A DNA stretch of 64,000 nt, taken from contig JAGVWE010000003.1 in assembly GCA_018304425.1 (NCBI GenBank), positions 27,163 through 91,162 of the forward strand, read 5' to 3'. Below are positions 45,196 through 54,553 of this stretch, one piece after another. The stretch is from Candidatus Iainarchaeum sp. (GTDB lineage: Archaea; Iainarchaeota; Iainarchaeia; Iainarchaeales; UBA10219). Position numbers and translations under genes: made by a program. The number at the start of each line of letters is the position of its first letter. Positions within the stretch are counted from its first letter, which is position 1. Below the pieces are notes generated by a model that saw only the letters and a list, made by a program, of their open reading frames with translations, made no database searches and was not told the DNA's origin.

Positions 45196-45785
45196 ACCCT
45201 TTTAAGGTCTGCTTTCAGTTGTTCCGGGGAATGAAAGTAAACCACTTGGAAGCCCAGCAGGGTTGCGGCCAAGACATTGTACCAGGAATCGTCGACGAAG
45301 AGGGTTTCATCCGCCCTTGCGCCCACGGCCTTCAAGGCGGCTTCAAAGGCGGCGGGAAAGGGTTTCATGGCCTTTATTTCGTTGGAGAAAACCAGGGCAT
45401 CGAAGCCGGCATAGCGCTTGAGCATGCGGTTGGTTGCAACCTGGTAGTCCGAGGTGTTGGTCAGCAGCACGCATTTCACGCCGTTCCGCCGGAGGCCCGC
45501 CACCGCATCCAGCACGCCGTAGAATGGTTTGTTGGCTTTGTAGGGCGCGGTCAGCAGCTTCTCGAATTCCCCACGGGTCAGGGGAGCCCTGCCGTTGTCG
45601 AGCACGCGCGACCAGAACGAAAAGGAATCCATTTTTCCCGTCAGGTGCGCGCAGTTGTGCAGGCAGTAGCGGAAGAAGAACAGGGACAGGGGCACGCCTC
45701 GGGCCCTTGCCGCCGCCTGGAAGGTTTGGAAGTCGTTGTTCTCAATCACGACGCCGTTGAAGTCCAGGATGGCTGCTTTAATCAC
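45174..45785 (-). CDS. HAD-superfamily hydrolase
   Basis: HAD motif I (AILDFNGVV) and later HAD motifs. Confidence 0.7.
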   Translation of the reverse strand: MIKAAILDFNGVVIENNDFQTFQAAARARGVPLSLFFFRYCLHNCAHLTGKMDSFSFWSRVLDNGRAPLTRGEFEKLLTAPYKANKPFYGVLDAVAGLRRNGVKCVLLTNTSDYQVATNRMLKRYAGFDALVFSNEIKAMKPFPAAFEAALKAVGARADETLFVDDSWYNVLAATLLGFQVVYFHSPEQLKADLKRVCGHKEG

Positions 45786-46243
45786 TCGCTCACGTCCTCG
45801 ACGGAGGCCTCGAAGGCGTACTCCAGCAACTCGGCAGGCGTTATTTCGAGGAGGTGCGCGTCATCGCCGCCCCCGGCGTAAACCTTTTCCTTTGCCATGA
45901 GCTTCTGGTCAACCAGGGTTTTCACGCCGTACACGCTGATGGGCGGAACGCCCCCGACTTCGTAGCCCGTCATTTCAAGGACCTGCTTGGGGTTGGCGAG
46001 TTGCAAAGCGGGGCCAAGGCCCATGGCTTTCGCGACCTTGGCCGGGCTGACCTTGTCGTCTCCCAGCAGCACCACCAGGACTGCCTGGCTGCGGTCGTAG
46101 ACGAATACAATGGTTTTGGCGATGTCGTTGACGTTAACCCCCAGCACATGGGCGGCTGCCTTGCAGTTGGGCACCTTGTCCACGCACTCGATGAGCTTGG
46201 CCTTCAAGCCGTTGGCTTCGATGAATTCGTCGAGCATAGGCAA
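45782..46243 (-). CDS. YbaK/ProX-type aminoacyl-tRNA deacylase domain protein
   Basis: YbaK/EbsC-like conservation (GGVPP); 4-nt overlap with the HAD gene. Confidence 0.6.
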   Translation of the reverse strand: MPMLDEFIEANGLKAKLIECVDKVPNCKAAAHVLGVNVNDIAKTIVFVYDRSQAVLVVLLGDDKVSPAKVAKAMGLGPALQLANPKQVLEMTGYEVGGVPPISVYGVKTLVDQKLMAKEKVYAGGGDDAHLLEITPAELLEYAFEASVEDVSE

Positions 46244-46277
46244 GAAAACGGGAAAAAAAGGTTAAAAAGCCAAGGCT

Positions 46278-47468
46278 TTAGGCCCTGGCTTTGACCGCTG
46301 CGCACTCCCGCTTCAGGAGTTCGGCCTTGTCCGTGCGCTCCCAGGTGAAGTCCGGGTCGTCTCGTCCAAAGTGCCCGTAGGCGGAGGTCTTGGCGTAAAT
46401 CGGGCGCCGCAGGTTCAGGGCCTTTATCATGGCTGCAGGCCGGAAGTCGAAGTGCTTGAGGACCGCGTTGTACAAGGCCTTTTTGTCGACTTTCTCGGTG
46501 CCGAAGGTGTCTACCATGACGCTGATGGGCTTTGCCCCGCCGATGGCATAGGAAAGCTGTATCTCGCACTTGTCGGCGAGGCCTGCGGCAACCACGTTCT
46601 TGGCCGCGTAGCGCGCCATGTAGGCTCCGGACTTGTCCACCTTGGACGGGTCCTTACCGGAGAATGCCCCGCCGCCGTGGTTGCCGATGCCGCCATAGGT
46701 GTCGACGATTATTTTCCGGCCCGTGCAGCCGGCGTCCGCAACGGGCCCGCCGAGAACGAACCGGCCCGTGTTGTTGATGAAGTACTTCGTGTCCGCGTCC
46801 GCCAACGCGCCGCAAACCGGCTGGATGACTTCGCGCTTGATGTCTACCCTGAGCTTGTCCAGGGAAACATCGGGGTCGTGTTGCGCGGCGATGACCACGG
46901 CTTCCACGCGCTTGGGCTTCCCGTTCGCGTACTCGATGGTCACCTGGCTCTTGCCGTCCGGCCTGAGGTAAGTGAGCACGCCTTTCTTGCGGACTTCGGC
47001 CAGCTTGTGGCAGAGCCGGTGGGCCAGCAGGATGGGCAGGGGCATCAGCTCCGGGGTCTCGTTGGTCGCGTAGCCGGACATCATGCCCTGGTCGCCCGCT
47101 CCGACTTCCTTGTCACCGCTCGCGTCCACGCCCAACGCTATGTCGGGGCTCTGCTTGTTGATGGAAGTCAGCACGCCGACGCTCTGCGCGTCGAAACCGT
47201 ACTCGGGCTTGGTGTAGCCGACTTCGCGGAGGACGTTGCGCACGATTTGCTGCACGTCAACGTAGGTCCGGGTCGTAATCTCGCCCGTGACCAAGATGAA
47301 GCCGTTGCCGGCCATGGTCTCGCAGCCGACCCGTGCCAGGGGATCGTCCTTGTAAATGGCGTCCAGGATCGAGTCGCTGATGCGGTCGCATACCTTGTCC
47401 GGGTGCCCTTCCGTTACTGCCTCCGACGTGAACAAAAAGTCTCCGTTGCGCATGGTGTTTCCTCCCAA
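46278..47468 (-). CDS. metK: S-adenosylmethionine synthetase, bacterial/eukaryal MetK type
   Basis: [25 protein letters not shown] and full MetK domain order. Confidence 0.9.
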   Translation of the reverse strand: MGGNTMRNGDFLFTSEAVTEGHPDKVCDRISDSILDAIYKDDPLARVGCETMAGNGFILVTGEITTRTYVDVQQIVRNVLREVGYTKPEYGFDAQSVGVLTSINKQSPDIALGVDASGDKEVGAGDQGMMSGYATNETPELMPLPILLAHRLCHKLAEVRKKGVLTYLRPDGKSQVTIEYANGKPKRVEAVVIAAQHDPDVSLDKLRVDIKREVIQPVCGALADADTKYFINNTGRFVLGGPVADAGCTGRKIIVDTYGGIGNHGGGAFSGKDPSKVDKSGAYMARYAAKNVVAAGLADKCEIQLSYAIGGAKPISVMVDTFGTEKVDKKALYNAVLKHFDFRPAAMIKALNLRRPIYAKTSAYGHFGRDDPDFTWERTDKAELLKRECAAVKARA

Positions 47469-47581
47469 GAAAGAAGTATTCCCTGGATTAGATAGGGACC
47501 GGTTTATATTAATAATTTCCTGCTGTAATTATTCGCATAAGAATAAATAGGGTTTTAAAGGGTTTGAGACAAGGGTATTTC

Positions 47582-48154
47582 ATGCTGCCGGAATTGGGCG
47601 ACATCAAGTTCAGGCGCAAGCAGTTCGGCTTGACGCAGTCCGAGCTGGGCCACCGCGCCGGGGTCTCCCAGTCCCTCATCGCGAAAATCGAGGCCGGCAG
47701 CCTCGTGCCGAGCTATGAGAACGCCAAGAAATTGTTCGACTTGCTGGACCAGCTGCACGAGGAAGTCAAGGTGAAGGCATCCGATCTGATGACGCACAAG
47801 GTGTTGAGCATCCCCAGCAACGCGAGCCTGGCGCGGGCCGCGAAGGCCATGAAGGAGAAGGGGGTGTCCCAGCTCCCGGTCATGGACAACGAAAAAATCG
47901 TGGGCACCCTTTCCGAGAAGGACATCCTGCAGCGCATCCATGACACGGATCACGCCATTGACCTGGGGCAGTTGACGGTTGCCGAGGTCATGGGCGAGCC
48001 GCTTCCCCTCATCCGGGAGGACACGACCTTCAGCCTTATCTCCTCCCTGCTGGAACACTATCCGGCCGTGCTCATCGGAAAGAAAGGCAAAGCGGTTGGC
48101 ATCATCTCCAAGTCCGACTTGCTGAAGGTCCTCCTTAATAGAAAGAAGAAATAA
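47582..48154 (+). CDS. Transcriptional regulator: N-terminal XRE-type HTH plus CBS domain pair
   Basis: HTH (LTQSELGHRAGVSQSLIAKIE) and two CBS motifs; ATG 25 nt downstream of GTTTTAAAGGG. Confidence 0.72.
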   Translation: MLPELGDIKFRRKQFGLTQSELGHRAGVSQSLIAKIEAGSLVPSYENAKKLFDLLDQLHEEVKVKASDLMTHKVLSIPSNASLARAAKAMKEKGVSQLPVMDNEKIVGTLSEKDILQRIHDTDHAIDLGQLTVAEVMGEPLPLIREDTTFSLISSLLEHYPAVLIGKKGKAVGIISKSDLLKVLLNRKKK

Positions 48155-48279
48155 TAGTAGGCAGGGGGCGCCGGAGCAAAGGTTTAAATACGTAAGCCGC
48201 ACATAGTAATGTAGGTAGTAACTTTTTACTACTAACGAGTGACAAAGGTTTCCACTCGGAAGGGAGGAGGGAGTATTGG

Positions 48280-48582
48280 ATGAATAAGGCAATGGCTTTG
48301 GCGTTGATTGCATTGTTTGCTTTGACCGCTTTGCCTAGCTTTGTCTCAGCCTATTATCCCTATGGGTATTATGGCGGCTACCGCCCCGGCGTTTATAACT
48401 ACGGGGCACCGTATTATGGCTCGTACTATAACTACGCGCCAGGCTCGTACTACAACTACGCGCCATTCGTGTACAGCTACGCCTACTACAGGCCGGCCGT
48501 ATACAACCGGTACTACGCCTACCCAATGGGTTACCCCTATCAGTATGGGGGATGCGGCTGGGGTCCATGCGGGTATTGGTGA
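48280..48582 (+). CDS. Secreted Tyr/Gly-rich low-complexity protein (100 aa)
   Basis: Signal peptide then YYNYAPGSYYNYAP-type repeats (~30% Tyr); strong SD (GGAGGAGGGAG). Confidence 0.5.
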   Translation: MNKAMALALIALFALTALPSFVSAYYPYGYYGGYRPGVYNYGAPYYGSYYNYAPGSYYNYAPFVYSYAYYRPAVYNRYYAYPMGYPYQYGGCGWGPCGYW

Positions 48583-48642
48583 AGGCAGTAACGGCATGAA
48601 GTCTTGCCGCCTAGCTTACAGCAGCGTTGAAAAGGGAAAAAC

Positions 48643-49170
48643 ATGCGGAAAACCATTTTACTGGCGGGAATGATGGTGCTTGCGTTTTTTGCAGGCAACG
48701 CCCTTGCCGCCCCGTTTTACTACTACGGCGAGCAACGGGCCACGCCTGACTACTTCAACAGCATCGACCCCTTGATCGGCTCGCCCTATTACCCGGAAAC
48801 CGCCCGGACCTATAGCCTGCGCGGCTACTTCTTCCACCGCAACTACCCGGTGAGCGCGCTCTCCATGGCCTATGAGCCGCTACGCTCCGAGGAACGGTTT
48901 CCCTATGGCAACGTCTACTCGTATGACCCGTTCACGGGCCTGACCTATCTCACGGGCAGCAAAGGCTACCGGCCATTCGACTACCGCTACAACCAAGGCC
49001 TCGGCAGTGCCTGGAACGGCCAAGGCCTTTCGGGCCGAAGCGCCGGCCGAGACCCCTCGGGTCGAGGCCAGGGCTACCAGTACCTGGACGGCGTGGCCTA
49101 TAAGCAGCCCGCGGCAGCCAGCCCGGGCTTTGACTTTGACACGTATGCCAGAGGGGTAACCTACAGGTGA
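48643..49170 (+). CDS. Secreted aromatic-rich protein
   Basis: Signal peptide (AGNALAAPFYYYG) and Tyr/Phe-rich composition. Confidence 0.5.
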   Translation: MRKTILLAGMMVLAFFAGNALAAPFYYYGEQRATPDYFNSIDPLIGSPYYPETARTYSLRGYFFHRNYPVSALSMAYEPLRSEERFPYGNVYSYDPFTGLTYLTGSKGYRPFDYRYNQGLGSAWNGQGLSGRSAGRDPSGRGQGYQYLDGVAYKQPAAASPGFDFDTYARGVTYR

Positions 49171-49174
49171 AAAC

Positions 49175-49975
49175 ATGAAAACCACTGCCTATCTTTTGGG
49201 AATAATCTTTTTGGCCTTGTTCGCGGCCAACGCGTTCGCGCAGGCCACGGTCCAACAGAACCCCATCGATTACACGTACTACGGTTACCCGACGGACTAC
49301 CCCCTTAACTATATCCTGAAGAATAAGTTCCAGTTGTCGGGACCGGCCATGTTCGACTTCCGGTTCCTCTCACGGTACATCCCCAACGGAAAGCCGAACA
49401 TCCTCGAAGAAGGCGTGTGCGTGGACGACGCCTGCTACTGCAAGGTGAGATACGGCTTGCACGACAACACGAGTCACGTGCTGCCGCGCGACTACCAGAT
49501 TTACATCACGCACCACAACAGCGCCAGCGACTACTCCGCGCCCAGGGGCTCACACAAGGGCTTGTACATGGACTGCGGGCAAAGCGTTTACCCTCCGAAC
49601 CCCTATTATCCCGGGGAACGGAAGCCGCCCTACGTGCCCCAGGCTTACACGGCTGAAACCCTGGGCTCCAAGTACGGGACTCCGGTCAGCTGGAGCGTGG
49701 CCTATGACTACGCGAAGAACCTGCTCAAGCAACAGCCGCAGTCGGCCTACACCTACCAGCAGTTCTACGGCTATGGGAACACAAGCAACCCGCAGTTCAA
49801 CCAGTACACGCGCCAGGGCGCCTACGACTGGGGGTATCCCATTAACACGACCTACAACCCCTACCAGACCGGAAGCTCTTACCAGGGGCCTACCAGCATT
49901 GGAGACCCCCTAGCGGGGGCAGGCGGCTATAGGACCACCTACCGGCCGGGGTATACCTATCCCTACAATGGGTGA
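49175..49975 (+). CDS. Secreted Tyr-rich protein
   Basis: Signal peptide (FAANAFAQA); Tyr/Pro/Gln-rich; AGGTGA SD. Confidence 0.5.
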   Translation: MKTTAYLLGIIFLALFAANAFAQATVQQNPIDYTYYGYPTDYPLNYILKNKFQLSGPAMFDFRFLSRYIPNGKPNILEEGVCVDDACYCKVRYGLHDNTSHVLPRDYQIYITHHNSASDYSAPRGSHKGLYMDCGQSVYPPNPYYPGERKPPYVPQAYTAETLGSKYGTPVSWSVAYDYAKNLLKQQPQSAYTYQQFYGYGNTSNPQFNQYTRQGAYDWGYPINTTYNPYQTGSSYQGPTSIGDPLAGAGGYRTTYRPGYTYPYNG

Positions 49976-49980
49976 AAACC

Positions 49981-52359
49981 ATGCTGTCGCACAAAACTGT
50001 CCTCGCACTGGCCTTGTTGGTCTTGCTCGCTTCGAGCGCACTGGCCCAGACCTACAACTATTATAACCAGCCCACGGTCATCCCCGGGCAGCAGACTTCC
50101 AGGATTTCGCAGGCCGACATCGAGAAGGCCTTGCGGGAAATAGCCCGTGTCTACGGCCAAGTCCAGGGCAGGTTCATTGCCGAACAGCAGACCGGCTACC
50201 AGCTTCCAACCGTTGCCCAGGGACAGCCTTCGCTGGCCGGGCAACTGCAGAAGTACCTGCCCCAACCCACTGCCGCTGCCCAAGGACAACAGGCCAACCC
50301 GTTCCTGACCTATGGCTTCCAGCAGGACGTGACTGACTTGTTCAGCCGGGACTTCGTCCGGCAGCAACAAGGCGAGAACCCCCTGTACTCGCTGCCCCAG
50401 TACAAGCAGGACCCCCAGGCCCAAGCCGCTTACCAGCAGGCGCAACTCCCCGATTACCGGGAAGTGCGGCTGGTGGAATTGCGGGAGCGCAGCGTGCTCC
50501 AGGGAAACATGGAGTTCTTTGACGTGGAAATCAGGAACACGAACTTCATGCCCCGGGCCTATGCCTTGCACGTTGAGAAAGAGGATGCTTCCCTGAAGAC
50601 CTCGCTGTCGGAGAGCGCGTTTTCGCTGGCTCCAGGCGAGGCCCGGACCGTGAAGGCCATCGTGGAGCCCACCAAGGAGACCAAGCCGGGCGCCAAGGCG
50701 GTTTACGTCGTGGTTACGAGCAGCCCCACCACGAGCGCCCCTACTGGCACTGGTTTGGGGCAACCCAGCTATTATGGCCAGGAATACGATTATGGTGGGG
50801 CCTCGGCTCTGGCCTCGGCTGCGGCCTCGGCTTTGCCCGCGCCCGTGATGGGGTTGCAGCGGCTGGTCGTTTCATTGGAGGACTTCCAGAAACCCGTCAA
50901 GGCCGAAACCGTCGTGTTGAAAGTCAACCGCCAGGAGTATGACGTGGGCGCGAAGGGCTTTGACGTCCAGGTCAGCCCGAACAAGGTGGGCGGTTCGGAC
51001 AAGGTAGAGGTCAGCATCGCTGAAGACTTTTTCGTGGGCAGCCAGCCTGCCGTGGTGGAAGTCCTGTTCATGGATGCGTTCGACAACGCGTACTCGCTTT
51101 CCTTTGAGTTGGTGCCCTCCAAGTACGAGGTCCAGGCCCGCAACCTCGAGTTCAAGGCCCAGGTCTTCAAGGCTTTGCAGTATGGCCGCGAGTTGCGGAA
51201 CGCTTACTTCCGCGCGAGGGCTTCGACCGGCAAGTACGTGAAGAACAACGCGTACCAGTTGCAGGGGCCCCGGGCGTTCGTGAAGCTGGAGGAAACCATT
51301 CCAGTGGGCTCGAAGAATAACTTCGAGTTTTATGCGGAAGACCAGTTTGGCACTTACTTCAAGACGGTGGGAAGCTTCACCATCCGGTTCCTCGTGGCTC
51401 CCCAAGGCATGGGCTTGCCCGAGCAGGGCTACCGGGAGTACGGCAACAAGCAGGAGTACCGGGAACCGCTGACCCTGAGTGTCGTGGAAAAGCCGGTCTT
51501 GGCGGACGTGCTGCAGATTACCGCTTATCCGGCTGAAATTAGCCTTAAAGGCGGGGAAAGCCGGGCTTTTGAGGTCAGCGTCTTGAATGCGGGCACGGAG
51601 CCGGCCAGGGACCTGGACCTGGCTTTGAGGGGGCTGCCGCAGGGCGTTGAATTCACGGCGAGCCAGGTGGATGAACTGCCGGCCGGAAAGTCCGCTGTGT
51701 TCAAGGCCACGCTGGCCACTGGTCTGGACGTCGAAAAATCGTTCAGCCTGGAACTCGAGGCAAACGGCCTGGGCTTGATTGCCGCAGGCAAGGCATTGAC
51801 CCTGAAATTGGAGCCCAAGCCACGGGTGTCCGAGCAGAACCTGGTCAGCGAAGTCGTTGAACGCGAGCTCTCAAAGACCACGGTGAAGAGCAAGGTCTCC
51901 GACGAACAAATCAAGGCCGAAGTCGAGAAGATGATTTCCGCCCTGCAGTCCGAGGGCTTGAAGAAGGAGTCCGCCGAAAAAATCAGGGAACTGATTCCGG
52001 TGGACTTCGCCGTGAAGGCGAACATCTTGAATGCCGAGGGTGAGAAGGTGGACGCGCTTTACGGGATCAAGAAGGGCAAGGACTTGTTTGTCACGCGCGT
52101 GTATGACGGCATCGTGAACTCGGAGGTCAACCTGGACTACGATACCTTGAACCGGTTGGCCGTGGAGAACATGGTGGGTTCCTTTGGCCAGGCGGGCCTG
52201 GTGGGCTTTGGGGTCAGCGACCAGGGAGTCGCAGTGGGTTTGGTCATCCTGGTGATTGGCCTGGTCGCCGTCATTTTGCTGTTCCGGGAAAAGCACAGTT
52301 CCAACGAGAAGTTCCTCCGCAAGCGGAACTTCGCCGTGATTAAGGCCAAAAACCATTAA
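49981..52359 (+). CDS. Large cell-surface protein: Tyr/Gln-rich N-terminal region, CARDB/NEW3-like beta-sandwich repeats, C-terminal TM anchor
   Basis: Signal peptide; repeats of ...LAPGEARTVKA.../...LKGGESRAFEVSV... type; C-terminus LVGFGV then a TM helix then a basic tail. ATG coupled to the upstream stop (GGGTGA SD). Confidence 0.6.
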   Translation: MLSHKTVLALALLVLLASSALAQTYNYYNQPTVIPGQQTSRISQADIEKALREIARVYGQVQGRFIAEQQTGYQLPTVAQGQPSLAGQLQKYLPQPTAAAQGQQANPFLTYGFQQDVTDLFSRDFVRQQQGENPLYSLPQYKQDPQAQAAYQQAQLPDYREVRLVELRERSVLQGNMEFFDVEIRNTNFMPRAYALHVEKEDASLKTSLSESAFSLAPGEARTVKAIVEPTKETKPGAKAVYVVVTSSPTTSAPTGTGLGQPSYYGQEYDYGGASALASAAASALPAPVMGLQRLVVSLEDFQKPVKAETVVLKVNRQEYDVGAKGFDVQVSPNKVGGSDKVEVSIAEDFFVGSQPAVVEVLFMDAFDNAYSLSFELVPSKYEVQARNLEFKAQVFKALQYGRELRNAYFRARASTGKYVKNNAYQLQGPRAFVKLEETIPVGSKNNFEFYAEDQFGTYFKTVGSFTIRFLVAPQGMGLPEQGYREYGNKQEYREPLTLSVVEKPVLADVLQITAYPAEISLKGGESRAFEVSVLNAGTEPARDLDLALRGLPQGVEFTASQVDELPAGKSAVFKATLATGLDVEKSFSLELEANGLGLIAAGKALTLKLEPKPRVSEQNLVSEVVERELSKTTVKSKVSDEQIKAEVEKMISALQSEGLKKESAEKIRELIPVDFAVKANILNAEGEKVDALYGIKKGKDLFVTRVYDGIVNSEVNLDYDTLNRLAVENMVGSFGQAGLVGFGVSDQGVAVGLVILVIGLVAVILLFREKHSSNEKFLRKRNFAVIKAKNH

Positions 52360-52459
52360 CCCCCTGGAAAGCCTTGATAAGGCCTGGGAGGCTTATTCTA
52401 GCCTCAATTGCCGCCAGAGATAGGTTTAAATACTACCTCGGCAGCATGGTATATGTAGC

Positions 52460-52475
52460 TTGTTCACATGAACAA
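52460..52475. promoter_or_regulatory. 16-bp palindrome TTGTTCACATGAACAA upstream of the second surface-protein operon
   Basis: Perfect 7+2+7 palindrome between TTTAAATA (52425) and the start at 52493/52496. Confidence 0.35.
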
Positions 52476-52492
52476 GTTAATCAAGGTGGGTT

Positions 52493-53029
52493 TTGGTGAA
52501 AAACACGGCAATCTTCCTGGCACTCTTGTTGGTGGTTACAACCATCCGGGCAGAAGTCCTTGAACTGCCTGCCGAAGTCCAGTTTAGCGGACAGCCGGTC
52601 GAACTCTCTTTTAAGGTACGCAATGAGGCCTTCCAGGCCCTGCCGGTGCAGGTCGACGTCCAAGTCGTTTCCTTCAAGGTCCTGCGCAAGCCCGACCTCG
52701 TCCAACCCGGGGAAGTCCAGGAAATCCGGCTGCAGCTTCAACCCAGGAACGACCTCCTCGGCTCAACCTACCAGTCCACTATCACGGTCAAGATGGGGGC
52801 CCAGGAAACCCGGAAAGAAGTCAAATTCGTTTTCGGGGAAGCCCCCAAGCAGGCCCCGAAGAAAAATGCCCTCCCTCCAGCCACTCCAAAGGCTCCCACC
52901 GCATTCGCGGTGCTGCCCCTGGCCTTCAACGAGTTCATGATGAACCTGGGGCTCGCGTTGCTGGCGGCCATTCTCTTGATTTCGTTCATTGCAAGGCTTA
53001 CCAAAAGATTCATGCAAAACAGGGGTTGA
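52493..53029 (+). CDS. Secreted protein with a C-terminal TM anchor (178 aa)
   Basis: Signal peptide, beta-rich region, C-terminal ...TAFAVLPLAF... TM helix plus basic tail. TTG/GTG start preceded by AAGGTGGG. Confidence 0.45.
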   Translation: MVKNTAIFLALLLVVTTIRAEVLELPAEVQFSGQPVELSFKVRNEAFQALPVQVDVQVVSFKVLRKPDLVQPGEVQEIRLQLQPRNDLLGSTYQSTITVKMGAQETRKEVKFVFGEAPKQAPKKNALPPATPKAPTAFAVLPLAFNEFMMNLGLALLAAILLISFIARLTKRFMQNRG

Positions 53030-53035
53030 AAAAAG

Positions 53036-54553
53036 ATGGACAAAGTCTTCCTCACGGGTTTGTTGATGGTCTTCCTGCTCGGATTGCCTGGTCTAGCCGG
53101 CGCCGTGACTTTCTCTGACCGGCTGCCAACAGGCGATAGCTCGAACGACCCCCTCCAAAAGATTGCCGTAACCCTTTCCGACCCGGACGGCATCAACAAG
53201 GACAAGGTTTACTTCGAAGTCGACGGCTTCAACTATGCCTTGAACGACCCCCGCATGAGCTATAACGAGGCCACGGGCCGCCTGGAATATACTCCCATCC
53301 GGGAGCGGGACGAACTCGACAAGGTGGACGTACTCGTTTCAGCCGAAGACACCCTGGGAGAAAAAGGCGAACTCCGGTTTTCCTTCACGATTAACTCCAT
53401 CGGCCCGGCACCCATTGACTTCCTTTCCTTCGAAGCCGGCGTGCTCCGGTGGGCAAAGCCCTTGTCCCTGGACTCGGTGGCCAAGTACAAAGTCTACCGG
53501 GACACTTCCAGAATCAAGGACAACGGCAAGTCAGCCTACTTCCTGGCCGAGGCTACGGGATTGAATTACACGGACTCCACAAGGGAAGAAGGAAAGAGAT
53601 ACTTCTACGCCGTTACGGCGGTGGACAACGCAGGCAGCGAAGGCCGGATTGCCTTGAACGTCTCCAGTGACGGACAGGTCTTCCCGGTCGGCCAGCCGGC
53701 TCCGGCTCCCCTGCCCCTGCCGTTCCCGGTTTACCCGGCACCCACTCCATTCCCTCCGACGGTGCCATACCCCGGCTTCGAAGGATTCGACCCTTACCCC
53801 CTGCCGAGCCCCAGCATCCCGTTCACGGGCCGCGTGGACTTCGCTCCGAAGGGAGAAGTCATCCAACTCGAGCGCGGCGGCATTTCAAAGGCCGACTTCT
53901 CGGTCTCCAACGGTTTGCCCGTGGAAGTCACGGTCCGCTTCGAGATGAGTCAGGCCTCCATCGGCAACGGAACCGTTTTCATGTTCCAGCCCCAGAGCCA
54001 GCAGCTCCGCTACGGCAGGGGCTCCGGCTTCAAGCTCGCACCCGGCGAGACCACGTTTATCAGCCTGCCCGTAAAGGCCTCCGAACAGGCGTTGCCAGGC
54101 ATTTACCTGCTGGGCATCGATTTAATCGCCTTGGACGAGGAAGGCCGCATGGTCTACTCGGACAGCTCCGGGGCGGAAGTGCAGGTATTCGCGCCCCTGC
54201 CCGAGCCTTTGGCTGCCGACCTGGTTCCCGCCAACTATTACCAAGAGCTGGCACCGGTTGAAGACAACGGCCGCATCGAGGCCAGAATCGTCGAAGCGCC
54301 TCAGCCACTTATCCGCATCGCCGTGGAAGACGCCCAGGTTGCGCCCAAGCAAAAGGCAGCCGAGGCCGCAGCCGAGGCCAGAGCCGAGGCCCGTCAACCG
54401 CTGACCCAGGTCGCAGTCAAAGAGGCAGGCAATGCCCCTGCCGGGTTCTTCAACCTGGCCGCCATGACCACCCTGAACATGGCCCTCGGCTTCCTGGTGC
54501 TGGCCTTGTTGCTGGTGTACGGTTTAATCAGGCTTTCAGTGGAGAGGCGGTGA
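53036..54553 (+). CDS. Cell-surface protein with an FN3-like domain, Pro-rich linker and C-terminal TM anchor
   Basis: Signal peptide; FN3-like YFYAVTAVDNAGSEG; C-terminus PAGFFNLAA then a TM helix then RLSVERR. Confidence 0.55.
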   Translation: MDKVFLTGLLMVFLLGLPGLAGAVTFSDRLPTGDSSNDPLQKIAVTLSDPDGINKDKVYFEVDGFNYALNDPRMSYNEATGRLEYTPIRERDELDKVDVLVSAEDTLGEKGELRFSFTINSIGPAPIDFLSFEAGVLRWAKPLSLDSVAKYKVYRDTSRIKDNGKSAYFLAEATGLNYTDSTREEGKRYFYAVTAVDNAGSEGRIALNVSSDGQVFPVGQPAPAPLPLPFPVYPAPTPFPPTVPYPGFEGFDPYPLPSPSIPFTGRVDFAPKGEVIQLERGGISKADFSVSNGLPVEVTVRFEMSQASIGNGTVFMFQPQSQQLRYGRGSGFKLAPGETTFISLPVKASEQALPGIYLLGIDLIALDEEGRMVYSDSSGAEVQVFAPLPEPLAADLVPANYYQELAPVEDNGRIEARIVEAPQPLIRIAVEDAQVAPKQKAAEAAAEARAEARQPLTQVAVKEAGNAPAGFFNLAAMTTLNMALGFLVLALLLVYGLIRLSVERR

